64,000 nucleotides of DNA from Acidobacteriota bacterium. GTDB taxonomy: Bacteria; Acidobacteriota; Holophagae; Holophagales; Holophagaceae. A program made the position numbers and the translations under genes. Location: positions 9,465-73,464 of the forward strand of contig JAJYRN010000013.1 in the NCBI GenBank assembly GCA_021794095.1, given 5' to 3'. The notes beneath the pieces were generated by a model. That model saw nothing but the letters and a program-made list of their open reading frames with translations. It ran no database searches and was not told the origin of the DNA. Positions 36,905 through 44,931 of the stretch are shown one piece after another (the first letter of the stretch is position 1; every line of letters starts with the position of its first letter).

Positions 36905-38059
36905 ATGCGGCGCCCCTCCCCGAAGACCCTCGCTCTGGCCGTCACGGCCCTGGCCTTCCATGTGGACACGCTGCTGTACTACCTGCTGGTGCCCCTGCTG
37001 CCCCGGTACGCGCGCGACCTCCACCTGAATCCGATGGAGGTGGGCATCCTCTTCGGAAGCTACGCCGTGGCGCTGCTGGCCGCGACGCTCCCGCTGGCGG
37101 TGCTCGTGGACCGGGTCGGCCGGCGCCGCCCGATGCTCTGGGGGCTGGCCGGACTGGGTGCGGCCACGCTGGTGTTTGCCGTCTCGCGGAACTACTGGCT
37201 GCTGGTGGCGGCCCGGGCCCTCCAGGGCATGGCCGGCGCCGCCACTTGGCTGCCAGGTATGGCGCTGCTGGCCGACCACTTTCCCGCGGAAGAGCGTGGG
37301 CGGGCCATGGGCACCGCTTTCGCCGCGGCGAACCTGGGCATCCTGGTGGGCCCTCCGCTCTCGGGCTTCCTCGACCAGCATATGGGCCCTGCCGCGCCCT
37401 TCCTGGTGGGGGCTGCGATGGTCGCCGTGGATGCCGCCGGCCGGGCGTTCCTTCTGCCGGAGACGGAGGCCGTGCGTGGGCCCCGGCTGCCCTTCCGCCA
37501 GCTCCTGGCCCTGCCGGTGGTGAGGCTCTTCGCCGGCGCCATGGCGCTGGGTTCGGCCCTCTGGGCGCTCCTGGAATCCACCCTGCCCCTCGACATGGAC
37601 CATCGCCTGGGACTTTCCGCCACGGCCATCGGGTTCTGTTTCGCAGCGGCGGCCCTGGCCCACACGTTCACGTCGCCACTCATGGGGCGCCTGTCGGATC
37701 GCATTGGCCGGACCCGGGTGCTGCGCATAGGCCTCGTCCTCGTGGCGCTCCTGCTGCCTCTGCCCGCGCTCTTGCCGAAAAGCTGGATGGTGATGGCCGC
37801 CATGCTGGCCCTGGGTAGCGCGGCCAGCTTCCTGATGAGCCCGTGCAGTCCCGCGGTGGCAGATCAGGTGGAACGCATGGGGAGCCAGAGCTTCGCCTCG
37901 GCCTTTTCCATCCTCAACCTGGCCTACTCAGTGGGCATGATGGCGGGCCCCATCGTGGGGGGCGCATTGGTGCAGGGTCTGGGTGTGCCTGGCGCCATGG
38001 GGGTGGCGAGTCTCGGCTTCGGCACCTACCTCGCGGCCACCCGTGGCGTCAGCGTCTGA
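36905..38059 (+). CDS. MFS transporter (DHA1/VMAT-like)
   Basis: 12 TM segments; motif A in both halves (VDRVGRRRP, GRLSDRIGRTR). Confidence 0.92.
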   Translation: MRRPSPKTLALAVTALAFHVDTLLYYLLVPLLPRYARDLHLNPMEVGILFGSYAVALLAATLPLAVLVDRVGRRRPMLWGLAGLGAATLVFAVSRNYWLLVAARALQGMAGAATWLPGMALLADHFPAEERGRAMGTAFAAANLGILVGPPLSGFLDQHMGPAAPFLVGAAMVAVDAAGRAFLLPETEAVRGPRLPFRQLLALPVVRLFAGAMALGSALWALLESTLPLDMDHRLGLSATAIGFCFAAAALAHTFTSPLMGRLSDRIGRTRVLRIGLVLVALLLPLPALLPKSWMVMAAMLALGSAASFLMSPCSPAVADQVERMGSQSFASAFSILNLAYSVGMMAGPIVGGALVQGLGVPGAMGVASLGFGTYLAATRGVSV

Positions 38060-38765
38060 CCGCCCGGTAGATCCAGCGTTCAGCGTCCGGAGCCCAGGCC
38101 CGGCCATCCAGAGCTCCGAATGCCGCGTCGAGATCGAATCCACCCAGCGCCAAGGCGGTCCGGATGTCCGCATCCGTGGGAATCCAGATGTCATGCCGGA
38201 AGGCCTTGCCCTGGCAGCGCCGCTCGGCCAGAATCCGCTGCTGATCGCGGCTCCAGCGCACGCGCTCGGAGTAGCCCAGGGCCGGGAAATCCCGCCAGCG
38301 GTCCCCGACGCGCCGGGTGCTCTCCCGCAGATGGTCCCGGCCCGCCAGATCGAGGAGCAGGATGCCTCCCGGCCGGAGTACCCGGGCGAATTCAGTGATC
38401 TGTCGAAGGTTCTCGGCCTCGGTGGCGAAGTAGCCCCAGCTTGTGAAGGCGCAAAACACGCCATCGGCGCAGCCGTGGCGGAAGGGCAGGCTTCGCAGAT
38501 CGAGGCGGGCGAGCGGTCCCGGCTGTTCCGCGGCATGACGCCGGAGGTTGAGCCGGCTCAGGTCGCCCCCTGCCACCCATAGCCCCTGGGCAGCGAGGTG
38601 GGGCCTCAGGCGCCCCCAGCCACAGGGGAGGTCCAGCACCCGGCTGCCGGGCGGCAAGGCCAGGAGCCTGGCCAGGGCCGGGCCTTCGGTTCCAGCATCC
38701 GCCGCCTTGTCCGCATAGATATCAAAGTAGGCGGGGTCGTCGAAATCCCGGATGAACCAGTCCAT
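38049..38765 (-). CDS. Class I SAM-dependent methyltransferase
   Basis: VLDLPCGWGR, GGDLS, FTSWGYF, RVLRPGGILLLD (alternative start 38777). Confidence 0.88.
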   Translation of the reverse strand: MDWFIRDFDDPAYFDIYADKAADAGTEGPALARLLALPPGSRVLDLPCGWGRLRPHLAAQGLWVAGGDLSRLNLRRHAAEQPGPLARLDLRSLPFRHGCADGVFCAFTSWGYFATEAENLRQITEFARVLRPGGILLLDLAGRDHLRESTRRVGDRWRDFPALGYSERVRWSRDQQRILAERRCQGKAFRHDIWIPTDADIRTALALGGFDLDAAFGALDGRAWAPDAERWIYRAVRR

Positions 38766-38794
38766 GGTGCCCGGCATGAACGAGTGGGTTCGGC

Positions 38795-39379
38795 TCAGGC
38801 TTCCGGTTCTGTCTCGGGCTCGCTTTCGGCCTCGGCTTTGACCAGCTTCACCGCAGGCGCAGCGGCCTGGGTGCCCACGATGCCTTTCCACTGGTAGCGG
38901 GTGCCGCGCTTCTGGCCGGTCTTGGTGATGAGCTTCTCTTCCTCCAGGTCCGTGAACAGGCGGCGAAGGGTTCCGGGGGCCCAGTCGAAATCTTTGAGGC
39001 CGAGGGATTCCTGGGCTTCAAAACTGCTGAGGGAGCCCGCCATCTGGAGTTTCTGGATCAGGCGCTGCTTCAGATCCTGCAACTGGCCCTTGGTCCGCCG
39101 ACCGCCGGCTTTCAGATCCGGGGCGGGCGCCTCGGGTGCGGCCGGAGGTTCGTGGCTGCGGACGGGCATGGTTGGGGCGGGGGCGGGGGACGCCCCCGCC
39201 ATCTGGCTGTCCGGGAAGAAGCTGCCATCCAGGTAGAGATCCTGGGCCAAGTCGCGGAACAGCACCACCACACTGGCAGCGGCAATGCCCTCCTGGTGGA
39301 AGGCGACAGTGATCCGGTCGCCGATCCGCTGCTTCTGGTCCTGAGACAGGGAAGAGGATTGAATCATTACTACGGCCAT
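38795..39379 (-). CDS. Hypothetical protein: tautomerase-like N-terminal domain plus C-terminal winged helix
   Basis: VMIQSSSLSQDQKQRIGDRITVAF...VVVLF resembles the 4-OT fold; LRRLFTDLEEEKLITKTGQKRGTRYQW resembles a wHTH wing. Confidence 0.6.
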   Translation of the reverse strand: MAVVMIQSSSLSQDQKQRIGDRITVAFHQEGIAAASVVVLFRDLAQDLYLDGSFFPDSQMAGASPAPAPTMPVRSHEPPAAPEAPAPDLKAGGRRTKGQLQDLKQRLIQKLQMAGSLSSFEAQESLGLKDFDWAPGTLRRLFTDLEEEKLITKTGQKRGTRYQWKGIVGTQAAAPAVKLVKAEAESEPETEPEA

Positions 39380-39484
39380 GGGGGCACTCCACTATGCAGG
39401 GAACCCTTTAAGAATACCTCTTTATTTGCTGCGTGCCCGGACAGATTTTTTATTACACTTGGGATGACGTCTCCAGAGGACACC

Positions 39485-39985
39485 ATGCGCAAGCCCAAGA
39501 CAAACATGCCCGACGAGCAGCAGCGGTTCGAACGTTTCCTCCGGTCCCGGCAGCTCAAGCTCACCGGCGAGCGGCAGGAACTGGTGGCGGAAGTCTTCGC
39601 CCAGGCCCAGCACTTCGATGCGGATCAGCTCCACATGGCGCTGAAGCAGCAGGGCAAGGCCATCAGCCGGGCCACGGTCTACCGGACCCTCGACCTGCTG
39701 GTCCAGTGCGGGCTCGTGCGCAAGAGCAGCTTCGGGGACCAGCACGCGCACTACGAACCCGTACGGAGCGACGAGCATCACGATCACCTGATCTGCATGA
39801 ACTGCCACGGCATCATCGAGTTCTTCCGGCCGGATCTCGAACAGTTGCAGGATGCGATCTGTTCGGAGCACGCCTTCAAGCCGCTCCATCACAGCCTTCA
39901 GATCTTCGGGCTCTGCAAGGTCTGCCGGGAGCTTGAGCCGGAGGGCTTGGCCATGTCCCAGCGGATCAGTCAACTGAGCGTTTAA
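39485..39985 (+). CDS. fur: Fur family transcriptional regulator
   Basis: LKLTGER, ISRATVYRTLDLL, HHDHLICMNC, GLCKVC. Confidence 0.93.
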   Translation: MRKPKTNMPDEQQRFERFLRSRQLKLTGERQELVAEVFAQAQHFDADQLHMALKQQGKAISRATVYRTLDLLVQCGLVRKSSFGDQHAHYEPVRSDEHHDHLICMNCHGIIEFFRPDLEQLQDAICSEHAFKPLHHSLQIFGLCKVCRELEPEGLAMSQRISQLSV

Positions 39986-40002
39986 TGCTTCTCCGGGGGT
40001 TC

Positions 40003-40222
40003 CGCGCTGCGCGCACACCCCCGGACCCCCGCGCAGAAGCCCGGCGGAGCCGGGCTTCTGCTTGTACCCCGTGAGCCTTTCGCGCTGCGCACACACTTCC
40101 GGACCCCCGCGCAGAAGCCTGGCGGAGCGGGGCTCCTGCTTGTAACCCGTGAGCCTTTCGCGCTGCGCGCACACTTCCGAATCCCCGTGCAGAAGTCGGG
40201 CGGAGCGGGGCTTCTGCTTGTA
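40003..40222. repeat. 3 x 78-bp tandem hairpin repeat
   Basis: Units start at 40003, 40081 and 40159; hairpin GCAGAAGCCCG-GCGGAGC-CGGGCTTCTGC. Confidence 0.92.
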
Positions 40223-40295
40223 GCCTTCATGCTCCTGTCCGGGACCATGGTCTTGGGCTGATGGCTGTCAGCCCGGCTTGGCGCTAGGCTGGGTC

Positions 40296-41363
40296 ATGCC
40301 GAAACTGACGATCCAGGATCTCCAGCGCCTTCCCAAGACCGATCTGCATGTCCATCTGGACGGCAGCCTTCGCATCCCGACGATTCTCGAACTGGGGGAG
40401 CAGCAGAAGGTGAAGCTGCCTGCGGATACGGTGGAGGGCTTGCGTCCCTTTGTGGAAGTGGGCGAGGACTGCAAGTCGCTGGTGGAGTACCTGAAAGCCT
40501 TCGACGTCACGCTCTCGGTGATGCAGACCTACGACAGCCTGGTGCGCACCGCCTTCGAGCTGGCGGAGGACTCCGCGAAGGAGAACGTGCGCTACCTGGA
40601 AGTGCGCTACAGCCCCATCCTGCACCAGCAGAAGGGCCTCACCCTGCACGCCATTGTCCAGGCCGTGCTGGAGGGCCTGGCCCAGGCCGAGAAGCAGTAC
40701 AACATCAAGACCGGCGTCATCCTCTGCGGCATGCGGCACATCTCGCCGGACATCTCGCTGCGCCTCGCGGACCTCACCGTGGCCTTCAAGAACAAGGGCG
40801 TGGTGGGCTTCGACCTGGCGGGCGCGGAAGAAAATTTCCCTGCCAAGCGCCACAAGGACGCCTTCGGCCGCGTACTCCAGAACAACATCAACTGCACCCT
40901 TCATGCCGGCGAGGCCTACGGGCCCGAGAGCATCCACCAGGCCATTCACCTCTGCGGCGCGCACCGCATCGGCCACGGCGTCCGCCTCATCGAGGATGGC
41001 GACCTCCTGAACTACGTGAACGACCATCGCATCCCGCTGGAGTGCTGCCCCTCGAGCAACGTGCAGACCAAGGCCGTGAAGAAGATGGCCGACCATCCCA
41101 TCCGACTCTTCTACGACCTGGGCCTGCGCGTCACGGTGAACACCGACAATCGCATGGTCACGAACACCACCGTGAGCCGCGAGTTCCAGGTCATCCACGA
41201 GGAGCTGGGATTCAACCTCGAGGAGATCAAGGAGCTCATCATCATGGGCTTCAAGAGCGCCTTCCTGCCCTACGCCCTCAAGCGGGCCCTGCTCGCGGAA
41301 GTGGTGCACGAGTTGAAGGCCTTCAAGCCCGGCAGCCTGGAAAGCAAACGGGAACATCTCTGA
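40296..41363 (+). CDS. add: Adenosine deaminase
   Basis: LPKTDLHVHLDGS, GFDLAG, TLHAGE, HRIGHG, ECCPSSN, VNTDN. Confidence 0.93.
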   Translation: MPKLTIQDLQRLPKTDLHVHLDGSLRIPTILELGEQQKVKLPADTVEGLRPFVEVGEDCKSLVEYLKAFDVTLSVMQTYDSLVRTAFELAEDSAKENVRYLEVRYSPILHQQKGLTLHAIVQAVLEGLAQAEKQYNIKTGVILCGMRHISPDISLRLADLTVAFKNKGVVGFDLAGAEENFPAKRHKDAFGRVLQNNINCTLHAGEAYGPESIHQAIHLCGAHRIGHGVRLIEDGDLLNYVNDHRIPLECCPSSNVQTKAVKKMADHPIRLFYDLGLRVTVNTDNRMVTNTTVSREFQVIHEELGFNLEEIKELIIMGFKSAFLPYALKRALLAEVVHELKAFKPGSLESKREHL

Positions 41364-41389
41364 TATCCTGACTGGAGAGGTCAGGATTC

Positions 41390-42385
41390 ATGCTGGATCG
41401 CTTCGCCACCTTTCTCGATCGTCACGCCCGGGTGCTGCTGACCACCCATGAAAACCCGGATGGGGATGGTGTGGGCGCCGCCGTGGGGCTGGCTGCGCAT
41501 CTGAAGGCGCGAGGCCGCGAGGCCCGGATCGTGGTCACGCCGTCCCTGCCGGAGAACCTGCGCTTCCTGGATCCCGAGGGCTGGATCGAGGCCCACGATT
41601 CCGAGGGCGTTCATCGTGATCTGGCGGGGTGGCCGGATGCCTGGGTGCTGGTGGATGCGTCCGAGCCCCACCGCATGGGCCCGCTGTTCCCCGCCTTCGA
41701 GGCCACCGGCGCCACCCGCGCCTGCCTGGATCACCACCTCAAGGATGCCCCGGCGGGCTTCGATGAGGAGTTCACGGATGCCACGGCCAGCGCCAGCGCG
41801 GAGCTGGTCTACGAGCTGGTACGGCCCTGCTTCCAGGGGCCCCTGCCGCCGGTCATAGCCCAGGCGCTCTACGCCGGGATCGTCAGTGACACGGGCAACT
41901 TCCGGCACTCGAATGCCACGCCCCGGATCCACCACATCGCCGCGGATCTGGTGGGGCAGGGCATCCATCCTGCCCGCACCTACAACGCCCTCTACCAGAC
42001 CGCCACACCCGCCAAGCTGAAACTCTTCGGCCGGGCCCTCGAGGGCCTCCAGCTCCGGGGCGGTGGTCGCTTCGCCTACGTGGCGGTGACCCTGGCCGAC
42101 CTGGCCGCCTGCGGCGCGACGCACGAAGATCTGGATGAATTGGTGGAAGAACCGCGGAAGCTCAAGGGTGTGGAAGTGGCGGCGCTCTTTTCCGAGGCCG
42201 CGGATGGCCGCGCCAAGGTCAGCTTGCGTTCCCGTGAGCGGGTGGATGTCAATGCCGTCTGCCGCCAGTTCGGGGGCGGCGGCCATCGTCTGGCTTCCGG
42301 AGCCAAGGCGGCGCTGCCCCTCGCCACCTTGATCGCCCAGGTGGAAGCGGCCGTCCTGGCCCAGATGGGTTGCGATATTGTCTAG
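41390..42385 (+). CDS. nrnA: DHH family phosphoesterase (NrnA-like)
   Basis: THENPDGDG, LDHH, GIVSDTGNF, VSLRS, FGGGGHRLASG. Confidence 0.92.
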   Translation: MLDRFATFLDRHARVLLTTHENPDGDGVGAAVGLAAHLKARGREARIVVTPSLPENLRFLDPEGWIEAHDSEGVHRDLAGWPDAWVLVDASEPHRMGPLFPAFEATGATRACLDHHLKDAPAGFDEEFTDATASASAELVYELVRPCFQGPLPPVIAQALYAGIVSDTGNFRHSNATPRIHHIAADLVGQGIHPARTYNALYQTATPAKLKLFGRALEGLQLRGGGRFAYVAVTLADLAACGATHEDLDELVEEPRKLKGVEVAALFSEAADGRAKVSLRSRERVDVNAVCRQFGGGGHRLASGAKAALPLATLIAQVEAAVLAQMGCDIV

Positions 42386-42489
42386 AAAATTTATTGAACG
42401 CAATTCCTTGCGCGTCGCCCCATTCGATTCCAGACTCAAGAGCACCTTCTCCGGCATCCAAAGGATGTCGGACTTCCTCCCGGATCCCC

Positions 42490-43152
42490 ATGGCCCCCAA
42501 AGAACCCAGCAGCGCCCCCAAGCTTGAGCTGTTCTGCAAGCTGCAGACGGAGAAGGTGCCCTTCATCGCCAAGGCCCATGTCCCTTCCATCTTCGGGAAG
42601 TTCACGGTCTATGGCTTCCTGGAGCACGCCACGGGGAAGGAACATCTGGCCGTCGTGAGTGGTGAGATTGACGCCCGGCGGCGGATCCCGGTGCGGATCC
42701 ACTCTGAATGCTGGACGGGCGATGTGCTGGGCAGCCTGAAGTGCGACTGCCGCCAGCAGCTGGAGGAGGGCTTGCGTCATATCGCCGAGCACGGCGGCAT
42801 GCTGCTCTACCTGCGTCAGGAGGGACGCGGGATCGGCCTCCTCAACAAGCTGAAGGCCTATGCCCTGCAGGAGCAGGGGCAGGATACGGTGGAGGCCAAC
42901 CACTCCCTCGGCTTTCCGGACGATCTCCGCACCTACGACTGTGCGGTGGAGATGCTGAAGTTCTTCGGCATCACCCAGGTCAAGCTGCTCACCAACAATC
43001 CGCGGAAGATCGGCGCCCTGGAATCGGCGGGCATCGAAGTGGAGCGGGAGCGGCATCAGCTGGCCGCCAACCCCTACAACCTGCGCTACCTCAAGACCAA
43101 GGCCCGCAAGAGCGGGCACATGCTGGATTTCGAAGAGGAAGCGCTGTCATAG
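42490..43152 (+). CDS. ribA: GTP cyclohydrolase II
   Basis: VRIHSECWTGDVLGSLKCDC, YLRQEGRGIGL, LLTNNPRK. Confidence 0.95.
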   Translation: MAPKEPSSAPKLELFCKLQTEKVPFIAKAHVPSIFGKFTVYGFLEHATGKEHLAVVSGEIDARRRIPVRIHSECWTGDVLGSLKCDCRQQLEEGLRHIAEHGGMLLYLRQEGRGIGLLNKLKAYALQEQGQDTVEANHSLGFPDDLRTYDCAVEMLKFFGITQVKLLTNNPRKIGALESAGIEVERERHQLAANPYNLRYLKTKARKSGHMLDFEEEALS

Positions 43153-43953
43153 GCCCTTCAAGGCCGCGAGTTCCTGGGGGGTGAGGAAGCGCCACTCCCC
43201 TGGTTTCAGGAACTGGTCGGCCAGGGGGCCGAATTGAACCCGGCGGAGTTTGCTCACGGGATGGCCCACGGCGGCGAACATGCGCCGGATCTGCTGGTTC
43301 TTGCCTTCGGTGAGGGTGACTTTCAACCAGGGGTTGTCCCCTTTCTCGGCGACCTCGATGTGGCAGGGCTTGAGACGCCGCCCGCTCAGGCGGAAGCCTT
43401 CCTGGAATTCCTTGAGAAGTTCAGGCTTGGGCGTCCGGTGCACCTTCACGAGGTAGACCTTGGGAACCTCGTGATCCGGTCCCGACAGCGTCTGGGCCAG
43501 GGCGCCGTCATTCGTGAGCAGCAACAACCCTTCGGAATTGAAATCGAGCCGGCCGACGGGATAGATCCGGGCGTCCACCCCCTTCAGCAAGGCCATCACC
43601 GTGGGGCGGCCCTGGTCGTCCTTCACGGTGGTGACATAGCCCTTGGGCTTGTTCATCAGGATGTAGACCGGTGCCTCCCGGTGGATGGGCATCAGGTCCA
43701 CGGTGATCTCGTCGCGGGAGGGATCGGCCTTGGCGCCGAGTTCCATCACCGTCTGCCCATTCACCTGGACCCGGCCCTCGAGGATGATGGCTTCGCAGGC
43801 CCGGCGGCTGGCGATGCCCGCAGCGGCCAGAAGTTTCTGGAGGCGCTCCGTTCCGGGCCGCGGGCCTCGGGGTTCGGCGGGCGGCGCGGGACGCCGACGG
43901 GGCGCAACGGGACGGGCAGCGGTCTTCGGCCCTTTCGGGGCGGGCTTGGCCAT
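43147..43953 (-). CDS. rluB: rRNA pseudouridine synthase (RluB/RsuA family)
   Basis: S4 domain ERLQKLLAAAGIASRR; YPVGRLDFNSEGLLLLTNDG; EGKNQQIRRMF. Confidence 0.92.
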   Translation of the reverse strand: MAKPAPKGPKTAARPVAPRRRPAPPAEPRGPRPGTERLQKLLAAAGIASRRACEAIILEGRVQVNGQTVMELGAKADPSRDEITVDLMPIHREAPVYILMNKPKGYVTTVKDDQGRPTVMALLKGVDARIYPVGRLDFNSEGLLLLTNDGALAQTLSGPDHEVPKVYLVKVHRTPKPELLKEFQEGFRLSGRRLKPCHIEVAEKGDNPWLKVTLTEGKNQQIRRMFAAVGHPVSKLRRVQFGPLADQFLKPGEWRFLTPQELAALKGL

Positions 43954-44026
43954 GGCTTCTCCTTCGGCATCTCACGACGCGGAAGAATCAGTCTAGCAGG
44001 CCTCCGGTGCTGGCCGGGCCTTCGTC

Positions 44027-44596
44027 TCAACGGGCATGGGTATGGGTGGCCCTCATGAAATAGTGGATGCCGGAGGCCAGCACCAGGGCTGCGACCAGGT
44101 AGTACATGGCGGGATGGAGCCGGGCCATCCAGGGATGGGGGCCGAGGGCGTTGAAGCAGAGACCCAGTGAAACGGCGACCAGCTGGGTGGCCGTGCTCAG
44201 TTTGCCGAGCAGGCTCGGCTGGAACCGGCTGGTGCTGAGGCGGTCCACGGAGGCGAACGCATAGAAGGAGATCACCAGATCGCGGGAGATCGCCAGGATG
44301 GCCACCCACACCGGGATGGGCGCCGTCATGCCATCGGTCCGCCAGGCCATGAGGATGAAGGCCGTAGTCATGAGGAGCTTGTCGGCCGCAGGATCCATCA
44401 CAGCCCCCAGATCCGAACGCTGGTTCAGGGCGCGGGCGATGAACCCGTCCAGCAGATCCGTGACCCCCGCCGCCGCGAAGATGATGAAGGCCTGCCAGTA
44501 GTGCCCATACCAGACCGCGATGGCGAAGAACGGAACCGCCAGGATCCGGAGCAGGGTCAGAACATTCGGCAGGGTCAGGGACCGGGAAGGATGCAT
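44027..44596 (-). CDS. pgsA: CDP-alcohol phosphatidyltransferase (PgsA/cardiolipin synthase type)
   Basis: TLPNVLTLLRI, TDLLDGFIAR...GAVMDPAADK. Confidence 0.88.
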   Translation of the reverse strand: MHPSRSLTLPNVLTLLRILAVPFFAIAVWYGHYWQAFIIFAAAGVTDLLDGFIARALNQRSDLGAVMDPAADKLLMTTAFILMAWRTDGMTAPIPVWVAILAISRDLVISFYAFASVDRLSTSRFQPSLLGKLSTATQLVAVSLGLCFNALGPHPWMARLHPAMYYLVAALVLASGIHYFMRATHTHAR

Positions 44597-44681
44597 CCGG
44601 GATAGTCTAGACGCAGATCACTTCCTGTTTGCAGGCCCTTGTCGCAAGCTTGAATGGGGTTACACTCGAAGTCGGAGTTGA

Positions 44682-44698
44682 GATTATGACTCATAATC
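44682..44698. promoter_or_regulatory. AT-rich 17-bp palindrome over the feoA start codon (candidate Fur-type box)
   Basis: GATTATGA-C-TCATAATC. Confidence 0.55.
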
Positions 44699-44931
44699 AA
44701 TCAGTCCCACTGAGCTGCCTCCAGCCCGGGGAGCAGGGGGAGGTGGTGCAGGTGAAGGCACAGGGGACCATTCGTCAGCGTTTGCTGGAAATGGGCTTCA
44801 TCCGAGGGGCCCGCCTGCGCGTGGAGAAACTGGCCCCCCTGGGTGATCCCATGGAGCTTGTGATCAAGGGGTACCACCTGTCCCTTCGCCGGGAGGAGAG
44901 CGGTTGCATTCTGGTCCAGCGGGTGGCTTGA
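44686..44931 (+). CDS. feoA: Ferrous iron transport protein A
   Basis: RQRLLEMGF, APLGDPM, LSLRREE. Confidence 0.92.
   Translation: MTHNQSVPLSCLQPGEQGEVVQVKAQGTIRQRLLEMGFIRGARLRVEKLAPLGDPMELVIKGYHLSLRREESGCILVQRVA

Noticed and set aside
42386-42489. FMN riboswitch upstream of ribA
   Set aside because: No RFN consensus (AGGGCGGGGTGAAATTCCC-type) is present and the region is too short.
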